Assembly: GCA_000708835.1 (NCBI GenBank)
Contig: DF237113.1
Coordinates: forward strand, 100,263 to 164,262
DNA length: 64,000 bases
From: Klebsormidium nitens
Taxonomy: Eukaryota > Plantae > Klebsormidiophyceae
Direction: 5' to 3'
The notes below the pieces were generated by a model that made no database searches, was not told the origin of the DNA, and saw nothing but the letters and a program-made list of their open reading frames with translations. Position numbers and translations under genes: made by a program. This document shows, one piece after another, positions 1-12,878 of this stretch; position 1 is the first letter of the stretch, and the number at the start of each line of letters is the position of its first letter.

Positions 1-161
1 TGTTGCTGTGAGATGGCACCGTGCTGGCTGCTCGTTTGTGATCGGGGTGTAACAAGATGTTCATCGATAACGATGTCACTTTTATGATTCTTGCTATTGG
101 GTCTTGGGTTTTGTTGCCATTGGGTGTCGTTCTGCTAACCAAAAATTCGTGTTTCATGCAG

Positions 162-3100
162 CAGCAGGTGAGTACCGTGTTCCTTATCCCTTTCTATTTG
201 TTTCCCTTTTCCTTACCTTTTCAATTCAATTTCACAGCCCTGGTTCTCATTCTCGTCTGGCCCCCTCTTCGAACAGAGGCGGCGGAGGCAGCGGCAGCAG
301 CGGCAAAGAAAGCGGAGCCAGAAACAGAGGCGCCTAAGTCTCCTGTTGTGACCAAAGAAGAAGCGCCGACGCCGATGGAGGAGGTCACTTCTCAGAAAGA
401 GGAGGGCAAATCTGATGACTTGAATGCAGACGTTAAGGCAGATGTTGTTGAGGAAGACGAGGAGCTCGATGAGAAGGCACCCGACACGCCAGCGATTCAC
501 CTCTACACGAAGAAGACAAAGACGGCCAAGGTGAAGAGGCGAGCTTTGTCGGATTACGGACGAGGGTTACAGAGTCCCTTTGCGACACGGTATTGGTTCG
601 TCGAGCTTCATGGTCGGATTGGAGGTTCCGATCGTGAGGTTTTCGTTTGCTATTTAAGTTTAATCTAAGCAGGTTGCTCGAAGAGGGGTCTTCTCAAACA
701 AGCGTTGCAGCTCGAGGAAGCTACTCTTCTCCTCAATTTGGCAGGCAAAGCCGCCCAAACCACGTTGAGTAAATCTCCTTCTGCTCAGGTCCTTGCTGGA
801 ACAGTCTGTGGAAAAGACACCAGCGGAAGTCACGGCGAATAATCTCGATTTTGCCTTCATGCTTACTGAACTTCTGGTATGCTTTTGCTTCCGCAGATCC
901 GCTCTATGAACATCTCCTTGGATGGGCTCTTGGACTACGAGGAAGAAGACAGGGAGGAAAGTACCTTCGAGGTCAGTATTTTCAAAACACTTCTCGTCAC
1001 AGCTCCTTCTTTTTCCTTGGACTATGCAAGGTCCTCAAGAGTTTCGGTCCCCATCTTGCTGAATTAGTCAAGTGAGCTACGTTCCAAGCTGATTCTCACT
1101 CTGTTATCGCGGTGACAAGCGCTTCGGAGGGTGCTTTTTGAGAGCATCCGGCTTTTACAACGTATTGAGCGTGCCTAACGCGTTCGAAACAATTCCCTTT
1201 CCTTCTTTAGAGGAAAATTGCGTGTGCTTTTCTTTATGCGGGCTTTTGACGCATGCTTCAGTGGCTTCAGTGGCTTCAGTGGCCTCAGTGGACTAATTCA
1301 TTCAGCCTTCCATCTTCATATCTGCGCCCACAGGGCTCTCCCGACGCCAGGAGTTAGCTCGACCTTTCGTTCCTCCTCTTCTCCTGACCATGCAGCGTCA
1401 CCTTTGGTTTCACTGATCGAGCGCCTCCTTCGATCTACTCTTCGTAGCTGTCTGCTCATTCTGTGCGTTTCGTTTGCAGCTGTCCCTGTTTGCCGAGCTG
1501 TTCCACGAGATGCTGGCCTACAAGCACGGCCTCTCCTTGTTGCCGTTCCTTGAGGTGAGGCCATCTCGGATCAAAGCTCTGTCCCTCACTAGCTTCACCC
1601 ATCATCTCATGTATGTCGAGGAGTATTGTGAAAATTATGTTGGGCCACTCTTCAGGTTTCGAAGGAGGGTTTTGACCGCTTTTATCAGGGCAGTACATGG
1701 TTTTTTGACATGGTGACCAAGCAGCTTCTTGCATCCCTAAAAGCGGTATCCTGAGGACCTTGGGACTACCGTATGGTTAATGAAGCGCCGTAGGATGCTC
1801 TCCTCTGCAAGAGTGTTGCTCGTCACCATCGAACCCTGAGAGTCTCAACCCCTAGGCTCTATACGACACGAGGTTCAGGACACCTTGATCATAATGGAAT
1901 TTGGGTCTCAAGTCCTTTATCAACAATTTGCAAGCTCAGGTCACATGGTCGCTGAATTCCCTTTTTCAAACACGAAGCCGTTGGCTTCGAGTCCAGCTTT
2001 CTGCCTCTGCAATAAGTGCATCCACCCCTCAAAAGCCCAATGCTCGACACTTGCAAACCAGAAATTCCTAAACCTTTGAATTGCCAATCTCTGCTGGCGC
2101 TCAAACCGCCACAGGCGCATGCTCGACATTCATTGTTTGGAGACTCTTAACGCTCTGGATTGCGAACTCTATTCTGCAGGAGGTGCGTGTGACCCACAAC
2201 AAGAAGCGAGAAGAGCGCAAGCGCAAGCGTGAGGAGGAGCGCCTGGCTGAGCTCAAGCGCAAAGAGGAAGAGTCCGTCAAGAAGAGGGAGAGGGACGAGC
2301 AGGAGAAAGACGACGACGAGCAGCCGGCAGAGAAGAAGGCGAAAGCAGACGAGAACGGGGACAAGAAGGTGAGGGAGAGGACTGTCGATCGTGAGGGCTC
2401 GGCTTTGGTTTATACTACGACGGTGTTCGGTGTTAGAAGAAGGGGCTCCGTCAGGATTCGATGGTCGTTTCCGCTCTTCTGGTCAACCCAAGAATCAGTG
2501 GTGAAATCGTTGTTGTTCATAAAGCGAATGCCAACGCAAACAGAGGAAAGAAGGTGAGGGAGGGCTGTAGACGATAGGGGTTGCTTTCGTGCTCTCTTGT
2601 CACACGTTGAAAATAGAAGTGCTAAAATTACATGCTGCTTTGGAACTTCAAAGTTGGTGGTCGTTTCTTATCTTTGTGTTGACCAAGACGCCTTGGTATA
2701 GGAATTGTCGGTACTTCCTTCGATTTTCCTTGCGGAAGAAAACTCCTGAGCTCGATTGTCCGTCAGAGAGGATCTAAAAATGCACAGAGACGAGCTCCGT
2801 CGTCCAGGAGTGGGCCAGCAGAAGCTTGGTCGCCCTACGAAATTCTTGTTTTTTCGGAAGAGGGCGCAATCGCGTGCAGCAACCGCCGTAGAAAGGATGG
2901 TCCGTCTTGTTCTGCATCGCTCCCCGCGAATTGCATGGCCATGGCTCAGTATCATTGCTTGAATTTGAGTAGAGAGGAATGAGATGTCGAGAACGTCTTT
3001 GACAGTGAGGGAACGAACACATGGGAGGTCTAAAGGCTTCAGTGGAGGACTGTAATTTTTGACGTGCTTTTTCCACATCTCCAGGAGAAGGGCGACGATG

Positions 3101-4665
3101 CCAAGAAGGCCGATGCCACCGAGTCCAAGAAGCCTGAGGCGAAGGACGAGACGAAAGACGACAAAGCGAAGGAGGACAAGGAGAAGGACGAGGGCGAAAA
3201 GAAGGTGAGCTGTCATGAGCATTATCAGGGGCCGCCTCTGTGGAAACCATGTATCGAGCTGATGTTTCATTTCCGCAGGCTTTGTATAGGACTGGAGGTG
3301 CACAATTGTCCATATAGCTTCTAGCAGAAACGAACTAGAGGCGACAGCTCCGCATCTGTTGCTATGCCCTTGGGATCTCCAAGTCACAGACAAACGCAAA
3401 GCGCCACATTGCCCAACCACTGACGATACTTGTGTTTACTCTCTTTAGGCTCGCAAGCAGTACGATGTTAACTGGGAGCTTGTCAAGGTGAGCATTGAGT
3501 CAGGCTGTCAAGACTGAGCTCCAACTTGCAGACAGCCGCTCATTGCTGTCACAGCAAACGTGAACTTAGGGGTTCTTGTCACTGCTGGTGTCAGCAGTCT
3601 CCACAATTCCCGATACAGTACACAGGACTTGTCTACGCACATAGGTAGCGATTTTATTTTTTTGGCAGAACGTCCGATTGGTGGTACGTTTTCACGTTCT
3701 TGCCAAGAATCTGACATAGGAGTCTTCTACTGACTGCAGGTGTTCCGCTTCTTCGACAAGTCCAAGACCGGCTATATCAAGGTAAGCTGTCGTCGCCGTC
3801 GTTGAATGTTCTAGAATCTTCAGAGAGTCGGACCTGGTCGGTCCGTTCGCTCTGCGGGGATTGGACCACGTCGCCCCTTCAGTACTTTGCCAGATGGGGC
3901 CCGGAAGGCTTTTGAATAAACCTTTGAGAATGGTCAGACGCCAAGTCATGGAGAAGACCTGCAATGCGATCACGGACTCCAAGAGGAGTCCTCGCGAAAT
4001 TCTGCCATTTAGCATCGGGACCCACAAGGGCTAGCGTCTGAAGATGTTCGTAATGACATCAGGACTGTTTATACTCCAAACGTTCATCGTCAAGAGTGGG
4101 GCTGTCACAAAGTGTGACCTGAACTGTGCTGCGTTTCTGTCTGCAGGCTGACGAGCTCAAGCGAATCCTTCATAACTTGGGCAAGTTCCTATCTCAGCGA
4201 CACGTCAAGGTGAGGACACTTTCGCGTGGATCACCGGAATGCAATTCCAGTTGAGCCTGCGATCCATCTTCAGAAGCTCCCAGACATAGGCTTGGTCAGC
4301 TTGTCGGTGCTCATTGCGAAAGGTTTGGATCGATTTCACTACTTGACCTCTCCGTCATCCTTGAGCAGAGTCGATAGTTCACGTATGCTTGATCTGAAAA
4401 GGCAATGCTTAGCAGAGGCCTTCAGGGCGAGTCTTTACGATGCTTGAGATGAGGTCGCCAGGATTCGATTCGACATCAAAGTCGAGCTCGTTTTGAGCTC
4501 AGTCTCAACTTGAGAGTTTGTACTGAACTCTTCACGCCGTATCCGCAGGATCTCGTGACGTCCGCCCTCAGCGAGACCAGGAGCGCCCGTGATGACCGCA
4601 TTGCTTATCGTGACCTGACGGATGTCGAGATCAGTGCCACGTCAGCATTGAAACAAAACGAGTAG
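162..4665 (+). CDS. EMB1579: 3' portion of a CCAR1/DBC1-family protein (plant EMB1579/RSA1-like) with an acidic/basic low-complexity region and C-terminal EF-hand-like region; multi-exon, 5' end lies upstream of the window
   Basis: Phase-compatible GT-AG exons 162-167 (putative), 277-530, 897-971, 1480-1554, 2180-2368, 3085-3204, 3449-3487, 3740-3781, 4147-4209, 4549-4665 (TAG). They give ISLDGLLDYEEEDREESTFE|LSLFAELFHEMLAY and VFRFFDKSKTGYIK|ADELKRILHNLGKFLSQRHVK|DLVTSALSETRSARDDRIAYRDL, which match the conserved CCAR1/EMB1579 C-terminal blocks as I recall them. Confidence 0.85.
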
Positions 4666-5414
4666 AACGTCAAACTGCGGGATCCTTTGGAAGCAATGGT
4701 CAGCGGAGTTGATGGGTGGTCGCTAAGAGGGGCAGTGAAGAGAAGCACTGATCGGACTTGTCTGACAACGTTGCGTTGATATTGGGGACGTACAACATGT
4801 CAGCTTCCTCGTTAAAACAAGCCAAAAGGGTGGAAGAGCAATAGCAAGGAATGACGTGCTCCAAATCCCCGTGCAACTTGGGCCCAAGATCTCTTGACAC
4901 GTTTCTTCTAGTATAAGCCCTAGCACTTATGCAAGTTTCGTTTGTATTGAAAAACCGCAGTCCTCGGCAAAAGTGAGGACTTCCTTCAACACGTGAGCGA
5001 CCATGCTCTCAAAGCATTTCAATGGAATGGTTGCAAGCTACTCTAGCCTTACTCAGAAGGATCTCAAATTCCTGCTTGGGAAGTGAGAAATAGTGACGCA
5101 TGCACAATGTCCAGCATCTTCAAAGATGACCAGCAATTCACTTGCCAACTTCATCGACTGGTAAAACAAATTCCTAGCTGCATCTTTTGGGTCTTCCATG
5201 TCAGAATAATAACCCCAGATGCAGATTGGTCCATGAACCTGGCACCTGCTATAGTATGGTGGGCGAGCCGATGACAATCTTCTGGCCGTTGGAGTGCGCC
5301 TTTTGGTAGAACTTCAGCCCTTTTGTTGCGGCGGCCCTATACACGACAATCATGATCGCAATTCGAGGCCCACATGATGTAGCCCATGCAAGTTGGCCTT
5401 CACAAGCTACCTAT

Positions 5415-5779
5415 NNNNNNNNNNNNNNNNNNNNNNNNNNNNNNNNNNNNNNNNNNNNNNNNNNNNNNNNNNNNNNNNNNNNNNNNNNNNNNNNNNNNNN
5501 NNNNNNNNNNNNNNNNNNNNNNNNNNNNNNNNNNNNNNNNNNNNNNNNNNNNNNNNNNNNNNNNNNNNNNNNNNNNNNNNNNNNNNNNNNNNNNNNNNNN
5601 NNNNNNNNNNNNNNNNNNNNNNNNNNNNNNNNNNNNNNNNNNNNNNNNNNNNNNNNNNNNNNNNNNNNNNNNNNNNNNNNNNNNNNNNNNNNNNNNNNNN
5701 NNNNNNNNNNNNNNNNNNNNNNNNNNNNNNNNNNNNNNNNNNNNNNNNNNNNNNNNNNNNNNNNNNNNNNNNNNNNNNN
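5415..5779. other. assembly gap (N run)
   Basis: Run of n characters; ORFs spanning it are artefacts. Confidence 1.
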
Positions 5780-5877
5780 TTGCGCCCCATGGCCACATCT
5801 GGGACTAGATTGGATTGAGCAGGCGCCCGGCTGGGGGGTGCACCCCAAATAATAGGGAAGAGGTAAGGGATGGACAC

Positions 5878-6986
5878 CACGGGACCGCTACGGTGCAAAC
5901 TGGTGGCGGGCAGTTTACCGGGCTACGGCGCGGAAATTTGGCCCGGGCACCGTGCCAATTTATATTTCGTGTGCGGGCCCTCTGCCCGAATACCGGGTGC
6001 GGCGAAATTTGCCATTGGCAGAAAATCGCCCTAGATCGCTGAGCTTATTGCCCCAGAGTACCCTCGGTTCAAAATGCCCCGAAATGCTTGAACCGGCCGA
6101 TGCAGAAGGTAACGCACCAACCTATATACGGGCTATGATGTACAGAATTGTTGTCGCGCATTGCGCTCGGGCTAAACATATTTACATTTTGGTAGTGGTT
6201 GCTACATGTGGTACTGGCAAAATGCTGAGACCGGGATCAGATCGCTCGCACCGGTCACTGGATTTAGTCAGCCTCAAGCTTCGAATGCCGACCGGGATAT
6301 ATGCTTGGAGACCCCGGTTGCTCTGGTGCGGTACAATGTAGGCAACGTCACCCAATCCTACCGCGGTAATAATGGTAGTCCTACCGGTATTGCTGACGGC
6401 GGTACCACTATAAAGCTGTTTCGGTATGTACCGAGTAGGGACCCCTCACCCCAAAATTGGACCCCGTGCGTGCGGGGGTGTCAGGAGTCCGGACAAACCG
6501 CTCGACCGGGGTTCAACGCGCGCGTCTCTGAATCATCAACAGGTGATGTGAAAATTTACCTCTTCCCCTACAAAGAATGGTGGTAAAAAAATGGCTCCTT
6601 TTGCCCTACCTTACCATCAATTTGAGCATGGAACCTTACCAAAAGCTTCATATGGAGCTACAAAACCACCATAGCTTCACTCAAGACACCATGGCCGACA
6701 TACCCTGCAAGTGGTTCCAGTGTATCTTGCTATTTGAACCTCCTGCACTCTACTTTTAAAAGCCTAATTTAAGAGCCAAATTCCTACAAAATTGAGTAAT
6801 TTGGTGGCAACGTACTGTAATTTGGGGGCAATATCCTACGGCCGACGCCGGTAGTACCCAAAGATCGCCGCAAATTGCTACCCGAAAAGCGGTCGTACCG
6901 TCGCGAATTTGAGGGCGCCGCCTACCGTACTTTTACGGTACCGGGGATATTCCGCCGGACCGATTTTGCACCGTAGCGGTCCCGTG
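5878..6986. mobile_element. non-autonomous DNA transposon, CACTA/EnSpm (CMC)-like, about 1.1 kb
   Basis: 22-bp terminal inverted repeat CACGGGACCGCTACGGTGCAAA (5878-5899) and TTTGCACCGTAGCGGTCCCGTG (6965-6986), 2-bp flanking duplication AC, subterminal TACGG/TACCG-type motifs, no transposase ORF. CAC...GTG termini with a short TSD fit the CMC group. Confidence 0.75.
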
Positions 6987-7003
6987 ACCGAATCAGGACT
7001 GCA

Positions 7004-10000
7004 ATGCCACTGAGTGATGCCAGGAGCCCGGATTTTATAAGGATGCAAGCCTGCTGGATCTCTGATTGGTCTCACAAATCCCGGCGAAAAATTACTATTA
7101 GCTCCTTCCCAGGTGGCGGGAAGGGGGTCCCTTTTGCGTGCTCTGACGTAAGCGTTTGGGATGCAGCCAAACAAACCCCTTCATTCCGGATGAAGTGACG
7201 TTTGTAAGACATTAGCTTTCGGAGTCCTCTGCGGTATCCGATGTCAGTGAAGCTAAAGTGCTGCTTTCAGAGTCCAGACCAATGTAGAGGACACTGATCT
7301 TGAGCATAATCAATGACGTCACTAATCAACCTACCTAGCCTACACTTCAATTTTAAATGCATTATGTAGCATTTGGCACAACAGTCCAACTCAAGCTGGT
7401 TTGCGCACCTCGCTAGATTGCACACATTTCTGGTTCTCCATCTGGCGTCTGGTTTCTGAACATCTCCATTGAAGGACGTTTTGACAATTGTATTGACGCG
7501 GCATAATGCACCTCATGGCCAGCTCTGTTGTGCAACCGTCGAGCTGCAGATGATAAAGCTGAGTTGTGTGAACAGTCTTCCATGCACTTTGGATTGCGAC
7601 TTCATTCTCCTCCACTTTCTTCAGACCGTCCAGACATTCATCCAGTCAGGAGGGTCTAGTCCGATGCCGGGGGCATCCGATGACGGGCCTGCTGCTGACA
7701 TCACCGCAGATCAGGTGATGCAGCTGATTGGGGCGCCCCGCATGTGCCAGGTCCAACGACTAGATGGTGGCACACTCATCAGCTATTCGGAGGTTGGTGA
7801 CTCTCAGGTATGCTTTTAATCGATTCTGCTTTTGGCCAGAGACTGTTGAGTAAGGAGGACGCACATTGCATACCACACAGAGCTTGCAAAGAGGGAATTG
7901 CAGATGCCAGTCGGGCCTTGATACCAACATTCTTCACCTCATGTATGGGCTCTTCTCTTTTCCTTTCACGATGGGATCTGGTTTGCTGTGGTTGTTGCTA
8001 TGTCCTTTTCGAACCGGAGTCCACGTGTTGTATTGAATTGACCCTGTAATCGTTCACTTCAAATGCTCCGACGCTAAAGCACACAATAACCAGCTGTGAT
8101 GAAATGAAAAGTGGCACTCAAGGCCATCTGCTTCTCACTTGTTAGTTACTCGCCCTTTGCGCAATCTCTTGCTGCTTCCCCAAGGTCGTCCCCCTGCTCG
8201 ATGCTTTCATTACTAGCCTTGTGTTTCCAAAACACTTAAGATTGTTCAAAAATAATATCTCACTTGCTCTCATAACAGCAGCTGATTGCTAGTGGCCAGG
8301 CTGATTTTCAGGGCACCTCACCAAAAGTAAGTACCCAAATGTCCACAGCATTTAACCCAGAACTAACTAGGATTGGTTAGCAATAAATGTCCATCTGCTG
8401 TGATGCAGGGTACCCCTGTGGTCATGTTTACGGGTATGGGTGGAAACCGGCTGTACGGCCTTTTCCTGGAAGAAGCGCTGTGGAAACTGCACCTGCGCTT
8501 GATCTGTGTGGATCGGCCCGGGAGGGGGAAGACAACACCTGTGGCGCCAAAAGATCTTAATGTGTTGGACTTTGCCGGTAAGCTCACGCAACTAAATCTA
8601 GTTTTCGGTTAAGAGGATTAGTAACCTCTTTTTGGCTCACATTCAGTACCTGTTCAACCACATCAAAAAGCCAGAATGCGAAGTTTCAGCAAGAAGGGGG
8701 ACGCTTTTAGAAAGGTCGACATTCAGGGACGTCGACACTGACATGTTTTCTAAACTGGGCAAGTATGATTTCCAAGTCCCTTTGAAGACTTTGTGCTCCC
8801 TAACCATCGGCACAGGTCAGCGGCAGCCAAGCTGCCTACTAAAACCTGCATGGAGCGACTTTCCTCCCTCTTGAGCAGGGCACTAATCTTTCTGGTTAAT
8901 AACACAAGCAACGTGTGAGCCCTTTCCTTTTGACAGACTGTGTGCTTGAGCTGCTGGACCTCCTGGGCATTGACAAATTCGGTGTGATGGGTCACTCGTG
9001 CGGCTGCTTATTTGCGGCTGGGTTGGCGGTCCGCGCACCAGAGCGGGTGCGGGGCCGCATGGTGTTTCTGGCGCCGTGGAACCTCGTCAGCTGCCCGGCT
9101 GTCCCCTGGAAGATGAAGGTAAACCCGCAGCAACATTCCCGTTCGCACTGAATCAAGAATCTAGGCCGGTGTGGAAGATCGCTGTTGAACTTCAGCCTTT
9201 GGTGCGGAAGTGCGAATTTGAGATAGATTCAAATCCAGGCCTGAAACACGTACTAAATAATTGGTCTTATTGCGAAGAAAAACCGAACTATCACGTAAGC
9301 TGGTGCGAAATAGGAAAAGGTTCGAGCTTGATTATTCGCACAAAAATGTGCGAACGGGATTGCCGCTACGGTTTTCAACGCGCACTGAAGCGGCACTGTA
9401 TTCATCCAAGCTTTGGACAAGTAAGCAGTCGTGTGGGCAGAAAGGGAATGGGAGAAACGTGTTGTTGATTACGTGCATGCGACCTTCTTTCCTCGAGTGT
9501 GTGACGAGTGTTTGAGTTCTACTTCGTTATGCTGGGTCTGCAGAGTTTCGTCAACTGGCAAGCTTCAGATGTGTCATCTACCGCGCCCTTCAGGTCTTCC
9601 CAAGTTCCTTGCACTTTCACGTCTCTCTTGACGCACTGAGAGCTGACTCTGATTGCAGATTTGTTCACAGGCTTTTCAAACCGCCAGGCTTTTCAAACCG
9701 CCAGGGACATCAAGGTTGCAGCGCATGCCTCGAGGAAAAGGCCGACAGGCCCATCAGGCAAAATGTGCTTGCGCGAGCCATAAAAAATAGGAAGATTACT
9801 TTGTCACGTGCGAGGCACACCTCTCCTTGAGGTCGTTACGATCGGGATTTTAATCTCTGCGAACTTGCTTCGCTCGACAGTTTCCGTGTGCGCTTGGCTC
9901 CTCGTGAGGATGGGCGACCATGATCACGCTTGACGGTCTTTGGGCCGCATACGAGACGTCTGTCGTTTATCCAGGCGTACAAGCTGCGCTTGCTTCACTA

Positions 10001-11373
10001 GCAGCCACATCGGACGTATCTTAAGCCGCCGAGTCTAACAATCTTAGATTCTGTCCAAGCGCCTTCCCCGTTTTACCGTGTCCAATTCTGAACGAGGCCG
10101 ACCAAGTTTTTTGCCAAACGACGACTGCACTCTCACCGTCAGTTGCTCACGACTTACCCTTTGTTTTCAGATGCTGCGCCATCTTCCTGGAGAAATCGTC
10201 GCTTACGGCAGCTCGCTCCTGTCTTCCATGGTCGGCAAGTCTGCCGGGTCCGGCTTTCAGGATTCCTTCGGGCGAAAGTTCACGCGCGAAATGAGCGACG
10301 AGGAGCGGGCGTGCGTGTCTTCGCCGCGCGGAGCCGAGCTACAGAAGCAGTCGATGGCGCTTACCATGGCCGAGGGGGGTCAGAAGGTGAGCGAAACCTC
10401 ATTAGATAGATATCAAATTCTGAAATTTATCGTCATCGATTTATTGAAGAGATTTTTTACAGTGTTATTCATGGATTATCCGGTCTATATTATGAAGCTT
10501 CAGAAAAAGAAGCTATTGTATCTAGATTTTAAACACTTAGATTGGGCACATCTTCGATTGATGGACTTGAAAAGGGGGTCATCTGTCGACACCCCAGTCA
10601 GGGAGAGCTTGGAGCATCAAAGCTGTCGGGCGAAATGCAATCCTTTCTGGCCTGCGGCGAGCTGTCAGCAAGGGGTTGCTCGTCCAAGAAACACATTCCA
10701 AGACGTCGCCGAAAGGGGTTCGCTGATCACAAGGAATCGCTGGCAAACTTCTCTGTTTTTTTTATTTGTTATTCCTTCTGTCATCCGCAGCCTATTGCGA
10801 AAACGCTTTTAGCGGCCTTCTCACTTAGTGGTCCGCTCGATTAGAGACTCTCATACGGCATTCTTCGGGGCCACACTTTGAGTGGAACTTGGTGTTCTCG
10901 GGCAAGACTTGTCTTCCTTCGATAACAGCTATTTCAGCTGGCTGCTCTTTCCTCGTTCTTTTGCCTCTCTCTTGCTATTGCATATACCAGGATGCTGTGA
11001 TAGCAACCAGTCATCAATCCGTAGATCGACACATGTCCAATTCTTTAGAAGACGCTGTAACAGGATACGCGTGTTCTTCTTCCGTTTAAAAAACTTTGAA
11101 ATCTGCTTTTTCTGGATGCAGGCCATGACCAACGACATGCTGTTCTGTTTAGAAGTGTACCGCCCGAGCGATGTACACTATGAAGACGTCAGCGTACCCG
11201 TGATTGTCTATCATGGCGACAGAGACACCGTGGTCCCATCCGCGTGTGCGACGTGGATGAGGGACGTGATGCCACGTTGCGAAGTTGTAATAAAACAGGG
11301 GGCGACCCATAGCATACTGCTCGATATGGCATTCATGACTGACGTAGTACTTCCTTATTTCTGTACAGAGTAG
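7004..11373 (+). CDS. alpha/beta hydrolase fold protein (Abhydrolase_1-like esterase/lipase)
   Basis: Exons 7004-7147 (uncertain), 7625-7807, 8409-8577, 8937-9118, 10171-10386, 11122-11373 join in phase. They contain VDRPGRG, nucleophile elbow GHSCG, acid motif HGDRDTVV and catalytic His in GATHS. The start could instead be ATG 7043 or 7664. Confidence 0.85.
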
Positions 11374-11454
11374 GCCATAGATGGTCGATCGAGCTAGCGC
11401 GTTTCGTTCGTGTATGTTTAGCCTCGAGAAAACATAGGCGTAATAGAAAAAAGC

Positions 11455-11470
11455 TCACGTGATCACGTGA
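11455..11470. promoter_or_regulatory. perfect 16-bp palindrome of two G-boxes (TCACGTGATCACGTGA)
   Basis: Seen directly about 80 bp after the hydrolase stop; function unproven. Confidence 0.25.
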
Positions 11471-12878
11471 TTGCAACATTACTGCCATTGCTTAACAGTC
11501 AAAAGGTCGTTGTATCTTTCAGACATCATTCAAGAGATAGACTCAACCAATTTAGAACCAAAGGATCATGCAGGAGCTTAATAGAACGGTCGGTCTCAAT
11601 ATGGCGCATGCAATTATACCTAACATTTTTCTCAAAATCATACCGGCCTCTTAGTATCATGCACCATGGCGCGGCGGCGAGTCAAGCCTGAGGTCTACTT
11701 CCAACTTAGCGATATATCTACTTTTGCAGTAGACCTCACTATAGTCAAGCTGGCGGCCTACTGATACCGTCCCGGCGCATGCCACATATACAACGTCAAA
11801 GTGAACAGTCGGAGCCAATCCAAACAATCGCTCATGTGCACGCGGCGTGTCTCGCCGGCGTTTGCACGGATTCCATGTACGTGCCTCAAGTGCAGCTAAC
11901 AACGCTAGCCGGCGCGCAGATATGAGGCTTGCTATATGCGCACATTGATTGATTGGCTTATATGCGTCATGCAATGATGGTTGTTCGATTGAAACCGTCG
12001 GATCGCCATGCTTGTTTCGCCTTACTGAAATTTGGTCGCAAGAGCTAAGACTACTAGGTAGTTACGATTTAGCTAGGCCAGGATCGAAGTAATTACTGGC
12101 ATACATGACTGCATGGCAACTTCGACGCAACTTCGAGTATGTACACTGGTGACTGTACACAATTCAACACATCGAATATCTGTACGAAAAGCTGCAGTCA
12201 ATCCTTATATCCTGTATTATGACATGAGCAACGGCAGACACGAGATTTCAAATAGTATCGACGAGTCTGTTCAAATGATTACACCCTTACATGCAAGTCG
12301 ACCTAGCTCAGGGTGCTTCAATCGACCTTGCAGATGCCAGCCTGGGCGCGCGATCGCGGACTTGACATTCCCCCGGGTCGGGCCAGAGCATCGTCCAGTG
12401 ACAAAGATGTTCCCGCCAAAAGACGGCGCCAAAAGTGATTCAAAACGATGGCCAAAGCTTGCGATCATCCTGATCCTCGATTTTCAGGCCAAACACATCA
12501 GCAGCACATTCCCTAAAAAGTTCGAGCGCGCAGACGCGCATCTCAGGCATCACGCTGCCTCTGCCGTCAACTGGTCATCAACAGCAGATCGCTTTGGTAA
12601 GTCCTAGCCGTGTCCCAGCTGATCGAGCGCGAGGGAGGCGTTGGCCAGCAAGAGGTGGTGCTTACGTTCCCTCGGTGACTATTCAGAGAGTCTGGACTGC
12701 CGTGACCAAATCTTCCAAGAAGCGACCCTCGAAGGTGGTTGGCGTCTTCACTGCACAGCAAATTGCTCATTTCATATATTGACGCTGTCCACTAGAAGTC
12801 AATGTGTATACATACTCAGACTGCCATCCTCGAGCTGCACATAGGAGGAATCAAAGACGGCAGCGGCATCCTGGGGCC

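Noticed and set aside
1252-1292. Short 9-bp tandem (GCTTCAGTG)n
   Set aside because: Ordinary intronic slippage repeat with no further structure.
2544-2553. Possible microexon AGGAAAGAAG before GTGAGG
   Set aside because: 10 nt would frameshift a phase-0 junction; better explained as an echo of the 2369 donor.
2668-3420. 250-aa minus-strand ORF
   Set aside because: Antisense shadow of the Lys/Glu/Asp-rich exon 3085-3204.
5352-5898. ORFs spanning the first N gap
   Set aside because: Artefacts of N translation.
12113-12607. 164-aa plus-strand ORF upstream of the AP2 gene
   Set aside because: No recognisable domain, and I could not join it in phase to the AP2 exon.
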